A stretch of 64,000 bases of DNA, taken from assembly GCA_029263715.1 (NCBI GenBank), contig JAJUFP010000001.1, positions 162,837 through 226,836 of the forward strand, read 5' to 3'. A model generated the notes under the pieces. It searched no databases and had not been told where the DNA came from. It was given only the letters and a program-made list of their open reading frames with translations. Below are positions 52,127 to 61,342 of the stretch, one piece after another. Origin of the DNA: Nitrososphaera sp. (lineage in GTDB: Archaea > Thermoproteota > Nitrososphaeria > Nitrososphaerales > Nitrososphaeraceae). The position numbers were made by a program, and so were the translations under genes. Every line of letters begins with the position of its first letter. Within the stretch, counting starts at the first letter, position 1.

Positions 52127-54550
52127 TTACTGTTGTGTTTCTCTCAGGCAGAGGCCAACCACGGCAGACGCGTAAAAGCCTACGAAGCCGCTGTTGACTA
52201 TCGTCCTGTCCCACACGTGAAGGGTTACCACGTATCCGCACCTTGGCATCAGCAGGGTATCCAGAGACCAGGTTCCAGCTTCTCCAGTCGTGGGCACCAC
52301 GGGGTACGCTCTTGGCAGTGGCGACGGGCTTGTAAAGTTGACCCCTCCCAGGTTGGGCGAGACCGTGAGGGTGAGGCTTCCAAAGTGAAGGTCGCCGGCA
52401 GAATACGTGCCCGATATCGTGTCGCCGATGAGGAAGTCTGCGCAACCGCCTCCTCCAGACGTGATTGCGATGCTGGCCGATGGTCCCACGTTGTCGAGTC
52501 TGACGTTGATGGTCTGAACTCCTGGGTAGATGATGTCTGTTACAGGATCCTTTGCCTCTATCTTGATCTTCCACATCCCGTTCATGCCGCCACTGGTTAT
52601 CCAGTGTGCCAGGACGTTCTGGGAAACAAAGCGCTGTGGGTTTCCGGGTCCTCCAGTAAGGTCCTCCTTGTACTCGTACCAGCCTTCGTCGTCGGCAATC
52701 TGGTCTGCAGCAGTGGGGCCGGTCCATATCCCGTCGGTAAGCTCTGTCAGCCATATGGTGAACTTGTTGTTCACCCGCTGCCATGTCAGGCCGCCGTCGT
52801 CGCTGACCGACACCCTGTACTTTACAGGCGCCGCGCCTCCTCCCACCACGTCCGGTGGGTACGCGATGTGGCCAGTGATGGCAATCAAGCCTCCAAACGG
52901 GCTGTCGTTTGCGGTAAAGCCTGCCCCTACGGCCGGGCCGTCGGCTAGGCCTGTGAGGCTGTCAATGCTTGCCACGGACATGTTTCCAACAGTCTCGATG
53001 AACGGCGTGTAGACCGTGACTGAGGGTCCCGGCAGTATCTGGATCCGCGTCTCTTCTCTGTTGCCCCATGTGGGGACATAGTTCGGATCAGCCGGCGGTG
53101 GTGGAGTCTGCCAGGAAAGTATTGCCCGCACCTTGGGAGTAACAGCTCCCAGCCCGCACGGCCTGCGCCGACTAAACGAGTTCAGCGGCAGGAACACGGC
53201 GTAATCAAGCCCTTCTACCGGGATGTTGCTAAAGTCGTGGGTGTTTACTGAAGTGGTGCCAGCATAGGTCCATCCTGCCCCATCGCCCCAGTCCACCCAG
53301 AAGGCCACGTACTCTGTGCTGCCTGCCGAGCAGGGGCCGCCGGAATATCCGTTGGGCAGTTTCACCTTGATTATGCCCACCAGAGTATCCTGATCTCTGT
53401 TCAGGCCCACGCATGTTAACTCTTCATACCTTGTGTCGCCGTCCGTCTTGATGATGACGTCTATTATGTCTGCTAGGTTTATGTCAAGGCCCTGGAAGAT
53501 TGTCTTGGGGCCGGCCAGCATCAGGGGTTCTGCAAATGCCGGTTTGGACATCATCTTGGCTACCTCTGAAAAGGCAAAGCGGTGCACTGGCACTCCCTTT
53601 TCCTTGTACATCTCTGCCAGCTGGACTACGCCGAGGGGCTTGGGCTTTGGAATCGGGATGGGCTTTTCAATCTCAACTATGGGTCCTATGTCTGGAATCT
53701 TGACCTTCAGGATGTCAAATATGTCCTTGGGGAGTATGAACTTGATCGAGTCTATCTGTATGCGCGACTCTCTGACGTTGCCCCAGACCGGTATGAAGCC
53801 CGGTGTGTTGGCCGGCGGCGGAAAGTTCCATGAAAGTATGGCCCGAACCTTGGGCAGGTTTTCAACGGTGCAAAACTTTTCAGTCGGGTCGATGTTCAGG
53901 GTGACGTCGTATTCCAGCGGCTTTAGGCCGGGGATGTTGTACGCGTTAAAACTAACCAGTCCCAGGTCGGTCCATGTTCCGTTATTGTTCCAGTCAATGT
54001 AAAAGCGCACGTACTCCGGCGTGCCAACAGAGCATATGCCCGTGCCGTAGCCGGACTGCTGCTTGATGTGGACCACTGCTTCAAGTCGTTCAAACTGCGG
54101 GTTGTAACCCACACACTTGAGCTCTTCGTAGCTGGTGTTTGAAGCTATTATCTTGACTGGTTCAAATGGTGCCTTGATGTTGCCAAAGTAGTTGGGGTTC
54201 TTTAGGATCAGGGCTCTGAACTGCAGCCTCTCCGGCTCAACCTGGATGTTCCTACCAGCGGCTGCCAGGACAATGTCTGTAAACCTTTTTGGTCCTACGG
54301 TCTTGACGTCCTCGACGTCCTGTAAAGACCTGAACTGGCCGCCAAGCTCTGCCCTCCTGCTGATAATCCTCTCGGCCACTTTGATTCCGATGTCCTTCTC
54401 GCCATGAAACTCGATCGCTTCGGCTATCTCTTTTGAAGTCTTTGCACTGTTGAGAAATTCAAGGATCTTCCTTGTGTCTTCCTCTGAAACATCTTTTGGA
54501 GAAATTGTAGAGAATGTTTCTCTTCCTTTTGCAATTAGTTCGTGCTTCAT
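52127..54550 (-). CDS. 807-aa protein: N-terminal helix-hairpin-helix, two tandem Cys-containing beta repeats, C-terminal beta module
   Basis: HhH 'IGIKVAERII..R...GQF.SLQDV.DV..VGPKRF'; repeats 'YEELxCVG...EYVxFxxDW...PKVRAILSW..PPP...PxWGN..E.RIQI'. Confidence 0.9.
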   Translation of the reverse strand: MKHELIAKGRETFSTISPKDVSEEDTRKILEFLNSAKTSKEIAEAIEFHGEKDIGIKVAERIISRRAELGGQFRSLQDVEDVKTVGPKRFTDIVLAAAGRNIQVEPERLQFRALILKNPNYFGNIKAPFEPVKIIASNTSYEELKCVGYNPQFERLEAVVHIKQQSGYGTGICSVGTPEYVRFYIDWNNNGTWTDLGLVSFNAYNIPGLKPLEYDVTLNIDPTEKFCTVENLPKVRAILSWNFPPPANTPGFIPVWGNVRESRIQIDSIKFILPKDIFDILKVKIPDIGPIVEIEKPIPIPKPKPLGVVQLAEMYKEKGVPVHRFAFSEVAKMMSKPAFAEPLMLAGPKTIFQGLDINLADIIDVIIKTDGDTRYEELTCVGLNRDQDTLVGIIKVKLPNGYSGGPCSAGSTEYVAFWVDWGDGAGWTYAGTTSVNTHDFSNIPVEGLDYAVFLPLNSFSRRRPCGLGAVTPKVRAILSWQTPPPPADPNYVPTWGNREETRIQILPGPSVTVYTPFIETVGNMSVASIDSLTGLADGPAVGAGFTANDSPFGGLIAITGHIAYPPDVVGGGAAPVKYRVSVSDDGGLTWQRVNNKFTIWLTELTDGIWTGPTAADQIADDEGWYEYKEDLTGGPGNPQRFVSQNVLAHWITSGGMNGMWKIKIEAKDPVTDIIYPGVQTINVRLDNVGPSASIAITSGGGGCADFLIGDTISGTYSAGDLHFGSLTLTVSPNLGGVNFTSPSPLPRAYPVVPTTGEAGTWSLDTLLMPRCGYVVTLHVWDRTIVNSGFVGFYASAVVGLCLRETQQ

Positions 54551-54637
54551 TACAACCTAATACAGGTACTTTGTAATAAAATTACTGGAAATAGATACTG
54601 GCAAAAATTATGTAAAAATAACAGACATGATTACTAT

Positions 54638-54846
54638 ATGCCGGAAATCTGTGATCAATGCTTTCTCGAGATAGCAGGTAAGTTTTTAAAAAAAGGCAAT
54701 TTAGTTACTGCGTGCCAATCGACGTCTGTCCTGTCTGCTACAAGTTCCTGCAGACGATTTACGATAAGAAAAAGATGAAGGAAGTGCGGCTCAGCCCTGA
54801 CCAGCCATGCAAAAGTACATACCACAAGAAACTTGTCGATAGGTAG
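54638..54846 (+). pseudogene. Small CxxC/CxxC Zn-finger ORF split by a -1 frameshift at T TTA AAA AAA G (programmed shift or homopolymer indel)
   Basis: Frame 0 MPEICDQCFLEIAGKFLKK joins -1 frame RQFSYCVPIDVCPVCYKFL...DR*; the -1 frame is closed upstream by TAA at 54679-81. Confidence 0.55.
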
Positions 54847-54912
54847 AGCTTGTTAGAAAAGCTCGAAGATATGGCAATGACACATTCGAAAATAGGAGGA
54901 ACCCTTTATACG

Positions 54913-57198
54913 TCATTTCGGACAGCTCTGATCCAAGGACACTGCAGCGGTGTCTTGACTATCATAACCTTCAATTCTGCTAGAACCATTTGTGTGCTTT
55001 GCATACGCATAAAGTCTTATGGCGAAGGTACACCTTATGTGTACGGTATCCGGCGTGGTTGAAGTATCGGTGAGCATATCCTCGAACGCCAACGCATTGG
55101 ATTCCTTGGCGTTTGTAGAGTTTAGGACAGCTGGTATTGGAGTTGGCGCATTGCTAGTTCCAGTCTCTATAGTACCTCCATTTCCGCTCAATCCTCTATG
55201 ATACCAAAGAATGTAATTGTTCATGAATTCGTCTTCATGGAAGGCATAGAATCCTACTGAGAAGGTATCAGCCGGGCATCCTACTATATACTGGCACTCT
55301 TCCAGCGACGCAATACCGTTCTTCCTGAAATCTACGATGTCAGCATAGCAATGCACGTTATTAACATGAAACATGTGTGTCAATGCTGCAAAATTTACCA
55401 CTTCTGTATTGTCAAAATCCTCCCATTTTCTGTAATTGAACGCAATTCCAGTACCAGCTCCAGGTGCTGCGCCTGGTTTCAGTCTATTCTTGGCAGCATC
55501 AAATATCTCAACAATTACAAGGTATTTGCCATTGCTGATAAAACCAATTCCTGGATCTGACGATGTGGTATCTGATGACACAGTATTCCATCTTTGATGG
55601 TACTGCAACCAAAGCCATCCCAGAGGTGCATCAGCCTCGTATGGTATCTCTATAAATCCATCTGCGTCGGGTCCAAGATGCACTGGTACAGGCTTTATGT
55701 CTCCACCCACGTTTTCCCATTTGTACCATGTAACATTGCCAAGCAAAGATACAGGAGTGCCTATGGGATTCCCATCTGAATCTGACTCCACAATACTTAC
55801 CTTATAATATTTGGCGCCCTTGACCTTCAACCCTTCTGTGAACTTCAGTCTTAATGCCAGCGTTTGACCCCATGGAGCATTTGTGATGGTACCTGTATTG
55901 CCATCATAATAACTGTCAAGCAACCCGTCGGTTGGATCTGCTGATGATACGCCATATTCCGAATCCTGATCAGGGCTTTGAAGTTTGTAGCTTGGTGTTG
56001 ATCCAACATATTCAAGCAATACGAAATCATCACCAGTATCCGGGACATCGCTTGGTGGCTGGCATGCCTGTCCCTTCCATGTGCTTATAGCAGCTTCCTC
56101 ATCTGCCTTGAAATATTCATTGACAGTGCTGCCATCATATATGTACACCCACTTGTTTACCTGGAACTGTTTAACCTTGTAGTAATATGTCGTCGTGCAT
56201 ATCTTAAGACGTATCTTAGGTATGTTAGGGAAGCAGAAGCTGAACTCGCCACTTTCATTCACGGTTGTTTCTCCAATCTTCTTTGAACTACAGCTGCAGA
56301 AGAGTGGTTTCAGATAGTAATGTTCGTCTATGTATTCAAGCTGTTTCTCAGGAGCGAGTCTGCTCATTACAACGGCATCTGAAATCAGTCTCTCTGGTAT
56401 GTTCCCAAGAGGCAGTTCTTTACCTACTGCAAGCGTCTGCTTTAGCGATTTTGAGAGTAATTTGAATGGTGCTGGATCCGGTCCTGGACCGGGTTTCGGT
56501 ATCGGTTCTGGCTTTGGCGGTATGTCAAATATTGGTCCCGGATCTGGTATCGGAGGCTGCTCCTCCAGCCATTCAAAGATCTTGCACGGTATACACTCAT
56601 CAATTATTATCCGTGGATCACAACAGCAAGTCTTCTGGTAGATCTCAACTACGGCGTTGCAGATAGGGGCGCATGTCTTCAGCTCAGAGATCTCTGGATT
56701 TATTGCGGCACCTTTTACTCGTGCAGCTATGCTCTTACTCAAAGCTCTCGTTGTTATGCTCCTCTCGAACTTCGAAAACAACTTGTCTGTAATAACCAAA
56801 GGCCACCAGATTGGGGTGCATTTCCTGACACTCCCATGGACACACGTGTAGATGAATAGCCAGTCTCTCCATTTTGGAATGACTTCAATTATTCCACTGT
56901 TCTTCCATTCATCAAACTTGCTTGCTCGGTATGTTACAAGCATCTCTTTTGTGACCAGTTTCTCATCTATGTCTGGACCTATTGCAAAGGTTCCTTTCTG
57001 AGATGCTATAAGACGGGATAACTCTTCTGCTTCGATACTGTTACCCTCGATCGATTTGAACTTCTTGATGATGCCCTTCGAGCCTATTACAAATAGCGCT
57101 ATCTTTGGTTGTTTCTCATCAGGTTTAATTCCAATAAAATTGAATTCAAGCGTCCGTCTACTGATTTTACCTTCAGAGCGGCTTTTCTTTTCAGCCAC
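54913..57198 (-). CDS. 761-aa Cys/Pro-rich beta protein (carboxypeptidase-regulatory/transthyretin-like segment plus C-terminal module)
   Basis: 'CNAVVEIYQ...GETTVNESGEFSFCF', Pro-rich 'PIPDPGP...PGPGPDPAPF'; no signal peptide. Confidence 0.88.
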   Translation of the reverse strand: MAEKKSRSEGKISRRTLEFNFIGIKPDEKQPKIALFVIGSKGIIKKFKSIEGNSIEAEELSRLIASQKGTFAIGPDIDEKLVTKEMLVTYRASKFDEWKNSGIIEVIPKWRDWLFIYTCVHGSVRKCTPIWWPLVITDKLFSKFERSITTRALSKSIAARVKGAAINPEISELKTCAPICNAVVEIYQKTCCCDPRIIIDECIPCKIFEWLEEQPPIPDPGPIFDIPPKPEPIPKPGPGPDPAPFKLLSKSLKQTLAVGKELPLGNIPERLISDAVVMSRLAPEKQLEYIDEHYYLKPLFCSCSSKKIGETTVNESGEFSFCFPNIPKIRLKICTTTYYYKVKQFQVNKWVYIYDGSTVNEYFKADEEAAISTWKGQACQPPSDVPDTGDDFVLLEYVGSTPSYKLQSPDQDSEYGVSSADPTDGLLDSYYDGNTGTITNAPWGQTLALRLKFTEGLKVKGAKYYKVSIVESDSDGNPIGTPVSLLGNVTWYKWENVGGDIKPVPVHLGPDADGFIEIPYEADAPLGWLWLQYHQRWNTVSSDTTSSDPGIGFISNGKYLVIVEIFDAAKNRLKPGAAPGAGTGIAFNYRKWEDFDNTEVVNFAALTHMFHVNNVHCYADIVDFRKNGIASLEECQYIVGCPADTFSVGFYAFHEDEFMNNYILWYHRGLSGNGGTIETGTSNAPTPIPAVLNSTNAKESNALAFEDMLTDTSTTPDTVHIRCTFAIRLYAYAKHTNGSSRIEGYDSQDTAAVSLDQSCPK

Positions 57199-57281
57199 GT
57201 CGATATTGCTATATAAGGACCAAATAGATAAGGATTCTCATAACCAAACAAAGCCGCCTCTGTTACCAAGAATGTAAACCG

Positions 57282-57297
57282 TATCGTACATACGATA
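57282..57297. promoter_or_regulatory. 16-bp palindrome upstream of the 761-aa gene
   Basis: tatcgta-ca-tacgata, ~85 bp upstream of the start codon. Confidence 0.45.
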
Positions 57298-57579
57298 ACT
57301 TCGCCAGTTCCAGACATGTTGTCTGCCACAATTTTCTTTCCTGCATGGAAAATGGTCATCGACCTTCAAATGAGTTAAAATTATAACATATGAATCCTAG
57401 TTGCAACCGGCTATGTTGGGATTCATGTTGTTGTAGAACTTTGCAGTATGAACGATATTACCTGCTTTCCTAAGTGACGGGTATGCCCTTAACGGATAGT
57501 TCACCAATTCACAGGATTGGATAAGTCATTTGCCGAATTAAACCTGTTACAATATACCACAAGAAGCTAACCGACTCGT

Positions 57580-57762
57580 TCAAGTCTTAAATCCGCAGAT
57601 ATCGCACTTTTCAAACACAGTCCCGTCAAGGTGGTCAAAATGCGCACCGCACGCCCTGCAGGTGTGGTGGATATCGGTATAGCCGTCTGAGGCGACAAAG
57701 CTCTTGCCCTCAAGATCCTTGCTCTTGCAAACTATGCAGCGACAGCCGCAGACGATCTCCAA
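57580..57762 (-). CDS. Small multi-Cys Zn-finger protein
   Basis: 'CRCIVC', 'HTCRACG.HFDH', 'CDIC'. Confidence 0.8.
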   Translation of the reverse strand: MEIVCGCRCIVCKSKDLEGKSFVASDGYTDIHHTCRACGAHFDHLDGTVFEKCDICGFKT

Positions 57763-57795
57763 CGCCCTTGCAATTGTGGTTGTTGGTATAATAAC

Positions 57796-58782
57796 CTACT
57801 CAAGGACGGGGATTGCCAGCTGGATGTCTGGCGTGGATTCCAGTTCGTTCCAGTCCAGATAATTGTCGGTCGGGATGATGCCCAGCGGGTCGTAGGAATC
57901 AAACCTTGTCTTTTGGGTTGCCGAAACAACCATGTGGGTCCTTATGCCGCCAGACGAGGCCATGGTGGACATGGCAACGTGTGTGGTGCCCTCCTCCTTG
58001 AATATCCCCTGAGCGTAACTGACAATCCTGTCCAGCGAACTTAATGGCAGCTTTTCTCCGCCTGCGACGTAAATCATTGCCCTTTTGATGGCACCGGTAT
58101 CGGAGATTTGCTGGTGCAGCATCGCAGCCGAGTCCCGCAGCGCGGTTTCAGAGTCGCCGCTCTCCTTGCTGGTGCAAAGCAGGCTCATCTGGGGATCTAT
58201 TCCGCCTGTATGAATGGATGAGAGCACCTCAACGATCGCAGTGTTGGTTATGGCAAAGCATTCTTCCTTTGTCAGTTCGGGGTTGTTTTCAAGAAAAGAG
58301 TCGTTGTCCATGACAACGACAGAGTGGGAGGACTCGCGGACCCTTTTCAGAGCGACGCCGGATGCAAAAATCCTGTCCTTTTCAAAGCCAAACGGCATTA
58401 TTGCCACGGAGATGACAGTTGAACTCTCTTTGGCTATGCTGCAGACAACCGGCGCCATTGCGGCCCCGGCGCGGCCGGCAAGGTTGGAAACAACAATTAT
58501 CGTGTTAAATCCTTCAACGGCCGACCTGATCTGGTCTTCCTTTCCGCTGGCAAAAGAGCGAAGCTTGTAAGTTGACGGGTTGAGCCACTGCCCTGATTTT
58601 ATCAGGATGTGGTTGTCGTTGACAAGGTCGTTCTTGTCGTTGCTTATCAAAAGGCACCTGCAGCCGATGGATTTGCTTGCCGCCATGGCAATCCTGCTTC
58701 CGGCGCCACCAATCCCAACAATTAACAACGGATCCTTTACTGGAAGGCTGTCTGACATGATACTCCCGAGATCCCCCGACAT
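57796..58782 (-). CDS. ftsZ: Divergent FtsZ/tubulin-like GTPase-fold protein
   Basis: 'IVGIGGAG', 'LAGRAGAAMAP', 'IMPFGFE', 'VMDND', 'FAITN'. Confidence 0.85.
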   Translation of the reverse strand: MSGDLGSIMSDSLPVKDPLLIVGIGGAGSRIAMAASKSIGCRCLLISNDKNDLVNDNHILIKSGQWLNPSTYKLRSFASGKEDQIRSAVEGFNTIIVVSNLAGRAGAAMAPVVCSIAKESSTVISVAIMPFGFEKDRIFASGVALKRVRESSHSVVVMDNDSFLENNPELTKEECFAITNTAIVEVLSSIHTGGIDPQMSLLCTSKESGDSETALRDSAAMLHQQISDTGAIKRAMIYVAGGEKLPLSSLDRIVSYAQGIFKEEGTTHVAMSTMASSGGIRTHMVVSATQKTRFDSYDPLGIIPTDNYLDWNELESTPDIQLAIPVLE

Positions 58783-58851
58783 TCATGGAAGGATTTGGTT
58801 AAAAAGCTTTGGAGGTTAATTACAGGCTGCCTGTAGTTTAACAAATTTGAG

Positions 58852-60207
58852 CTATGCAAGAACTCTAGCTTTTAGCGAAAGACTTGTGTAATCGACTACC
58901 TGCACCTGCAGTTTTGAGCCCAGCGTCGCTGGTTCGGACAGAACGACCGGCTTGTAGGCATAGTTGCGGCCCTGAACCGCCTTGCCCGCCTCGTCTATTG
59001 TTATCTGGCCCTGCCAGCCTGCCCAAAGCGCGTTTCGCTTTCTGGATATCTCCCTTGCAACGGTGTGCAGGCGTTCGGATCGTTCCTTGGCAACCTTGGT
59101 GCTTACACGCACTCCCTTCCACTTCGCCGCCTCGGTGCCCGGCCTGGCGCTGTACCGCGAGATGTTGACAATGTCCGGCTCTGTCCCTCGGAGGAGGTCG
59201 ATGGTTTTCTGCAGGTCGTTTTCCGTCTCGGTTGGGAATCCCACTATCACGTCCGTTGAGATGGTAAAGTCCGGCATCCTGTCTCGAAAAGCCCGGACCA
59301 CGTCTGAAAACAGTTCCGCGGTGTGGCCGCGCTTCATCCTTCCAAGAATCCGGTTGCTTCCGGATTGCACCGGCACGTGCAGGAACCTGAACAGCTTGTC
59401 GTTTTTGTAGAAAACGTCTACTAGCTCATCAAGCATTTCCGGCACGTACTGCGGGTTCATCATGCCTACCCGGATCTTAAAGTCGCCGTCTATGCTGCAG
59501 CACTCCCTAAGCAGTTCTGTAAGACTGGAGCCATGGTCACGGCCGTAGCAACCGTTGTCAGTGGAGGTAAGCCAGATCTCCTTGCAGCCAGCCTCCACGT
59601 CGGTCTTGATCTGCCTTGCGATGTCTCCGATTCGGTAGCTGCGAAGCCACCCCTTGGCCAGCTTGGTCTGGCAGAACGTGCACTCACTCATACATCCGCT
59701 GGCAATCTCTACTATGCCTACCACGGGATTTAGCCTGACTTTTGGAATGTTTATCTTGCCTGCGGTCGAGTCGTCAAGGGCCACCAGCCTGGCGCCGGCA
59801 AAGGTGGAATCGACAACATCCACGGACCTGTCTATGGAATGCGGCCCCATCAGGCTTGCCTGCGGGTTTAGCAGTTCCACCTTGCCCCTGTCGGCCTTTG
59901 GCAGGCAGCCTGCAACAACCAGCGGCTTGCCGGTCTTGCTCAACTGCTTTATCCTGTGAACCATCTTGTGCTCAGTCGTGTCCTTAACAGAGCACGTCAC
60001 TATGAGGTTCAGGCTGCCTTCCTTTCTGCTTGAGGCGATCTCGTACCCTGCACCCTTTAAAAGCCCGGTTATCATCTCTGAATCTGCCATGCTGGCAGAA
60101 CAGCCGTAGGCCTCTATCCAGACCTTCTTTGACTGCCTTTCCGTCTGGGGTTTTTTGATAATCTTGATGGACGGGATCAGCCGCGGCTTGAGAGACCGGA
60201 CAAACAT
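58852..60207 (-). CDS. tRNA methylthiotransferase (MtaB/CDKAL1-type radical SAM)
   Basis: UPF0004 'YGCSASMADSE..TCSVK..GCL', 'CMSECTFC', 'DVIVGFPTET', TRAM tail. Confidence 0.94.
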   Translation of the reverse strand: MFVRSLKPRLIPSIKIIKKPQTERQSKKVWIEAYGCSASMADSEMITGLLKGAGYEIASSRKEGSLNLIVTCSVKDTTEHKMVHRIKQLSKTGKPLVVAGCLPKADRGKVELLNPQASLMGPHSIDRSVDVVDSTFAGARLVALDDSTAGKINIPKVRLNPVVGIVEIASGCMSECTFCQTKLAKGWLRSYRIGDIARQIKTDVEAGCKEIWLTSTDNGCYGRDHGSSLTELLRECCSIDGDFKIRVGMMNPQYVPEMLDELVDVFYKNDKLFRFLHVPVQSGSNRILGRMKRGHTAELFSDVVRAFRDRMPDFTISTDVIVGFPTETENDLQKTIDLLRGTEPDIVNISRYSARPGTEAAKWKGVRVSTKVAKERSERLHTVAREISRKRNALWAGWQGQITIDEAGKAVQGRNYAYKPVVLSEPATLGSKLQVQVVDYTSLSLKARVLA

Positions 60208-60247
60208 CAGGGGGTCTGTAGAATTTGATGCTTTAAAAAAGTTGTTT

Positions 60248-60604
60248 TTATTGTACCGAACTGTTCTGCGACCAGATCTCAGACAGCACGGCAACGTAGT
60301 TGGTTACAAGCGTGCCGGATTCCATGCTCTCCCGGTGGCTTTCCATGTCGTTTCCAAGGGCCATGGTCAGGGATTTTGGCAGTTTCAGCTGCTCGTTCAT
60401 GTATATCAAAAGTGAATAGTACATCATCTTCATCACGTCTTCTCGGCTGGCGACTTGCATCTTCATGCTGTCCCTTATGTTGGACACGACTAGAGAGAAC
60501 TTTGGCGACAGGATGGCCTTGTCTTTCTCAAGCCTGATGGCGCCCATGTACAGCAGGTCCTCGATGGCCGAGGCCATCTCTTCAATACGCTCTTGATCTG
60601 ACAC
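60248..60604 (-). CDS. Conserved hypothetical helical protein
   Basis: 118-aa ORF with host-like codon usage. Confidence 0.8.
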   Translation of the reverse strand: MSDQERIEEMASAIEDLLYMGAIRLEKDKAILSPKFSLVVSNIRDSMKMQVASREDVMKMMYYSLLIYMNEQLKLPKSLTMALGNDMESHRESMESGTLVTNYVAVLSEIWSQNSSVQ

Positions 60605-60628
60605 TTACGCATCGTATCGTTCTGCAGG

Positions 60629-61015
60629 CTATTTTAGGTTGCTTATAACGTCCCGGTAAGCCCTGACAAATTCAGGGTCGACTATTCCCTGCACCACGTA
60701 GGGCTGGCCGTCTGAAAGCCGGATGTCCATGGCCACCGCGCTGTATGGCACGTCAAAGAGCTCGATCTTTTGCTGGTCGCCGGTTTCAAAGAACTTTGTG
60801 CATTGGCCGTTATTGCATGAAAAACCAAGAACCATGCTTATCCTTCTATGGCCAGACCCCGCAGCCCTGCCGCCGGCCGAACCTCTGGATTCTTCAACCA
60901 TCAGGATAAAGATCTCGTTTTCGCCCTGCTTGTCAAGGTACACGTCGTTGTTTGCAACAACCAACTTGCGCTGCGGCAGCTGCAGAATTTCATCGATGGA
61001 GTCTGCCTGGGACAT
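60629..61015 (-). CDS. Conserved hypothetical protein
   Basis: 128-aa ORF; 'SRGSAGGRAAGSG'. Confidence 0.8.
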   Translation of the reverse strand: MSQADSIDEILQLPQRKLVVANNDVYLDKQGENEIFILMVEESRGSAGGRAAGSGHRRISMVLGFSCNNGQCTKFFETGDQQKIELFDVPYSAVAMDIRLSDGQPYVVQGIVDPEFVRAYRDVISNLK

Positions 61016-61342
61016 TGCAGGTTATCGACAATCATCCGCTATAATACATTATTGATAGGGTATCAATCCGTCAAGATATGAGGCGTGATATGGTTTAACC
61101 ACAATTATCGGCTCGCCTTTCATAGCCTCTCTCCGGTTGACTCAAGTGATCTGTGTCTCTATCCTGTGGCGTAATAGACAAGTCACTCAGCTCTAACGCA
61201 GTAAGAAGTACTGCACCGAACTCTGTTAACAATGATGGGCGCGAATTGTTATACTCTACACCTGTGTGTGAAAGTACAACAATTAGGCAACAACTCCATT
61301 GGCAGCATAAGTCTTTTAAATAGAAACCATGCCTTATTAGTA

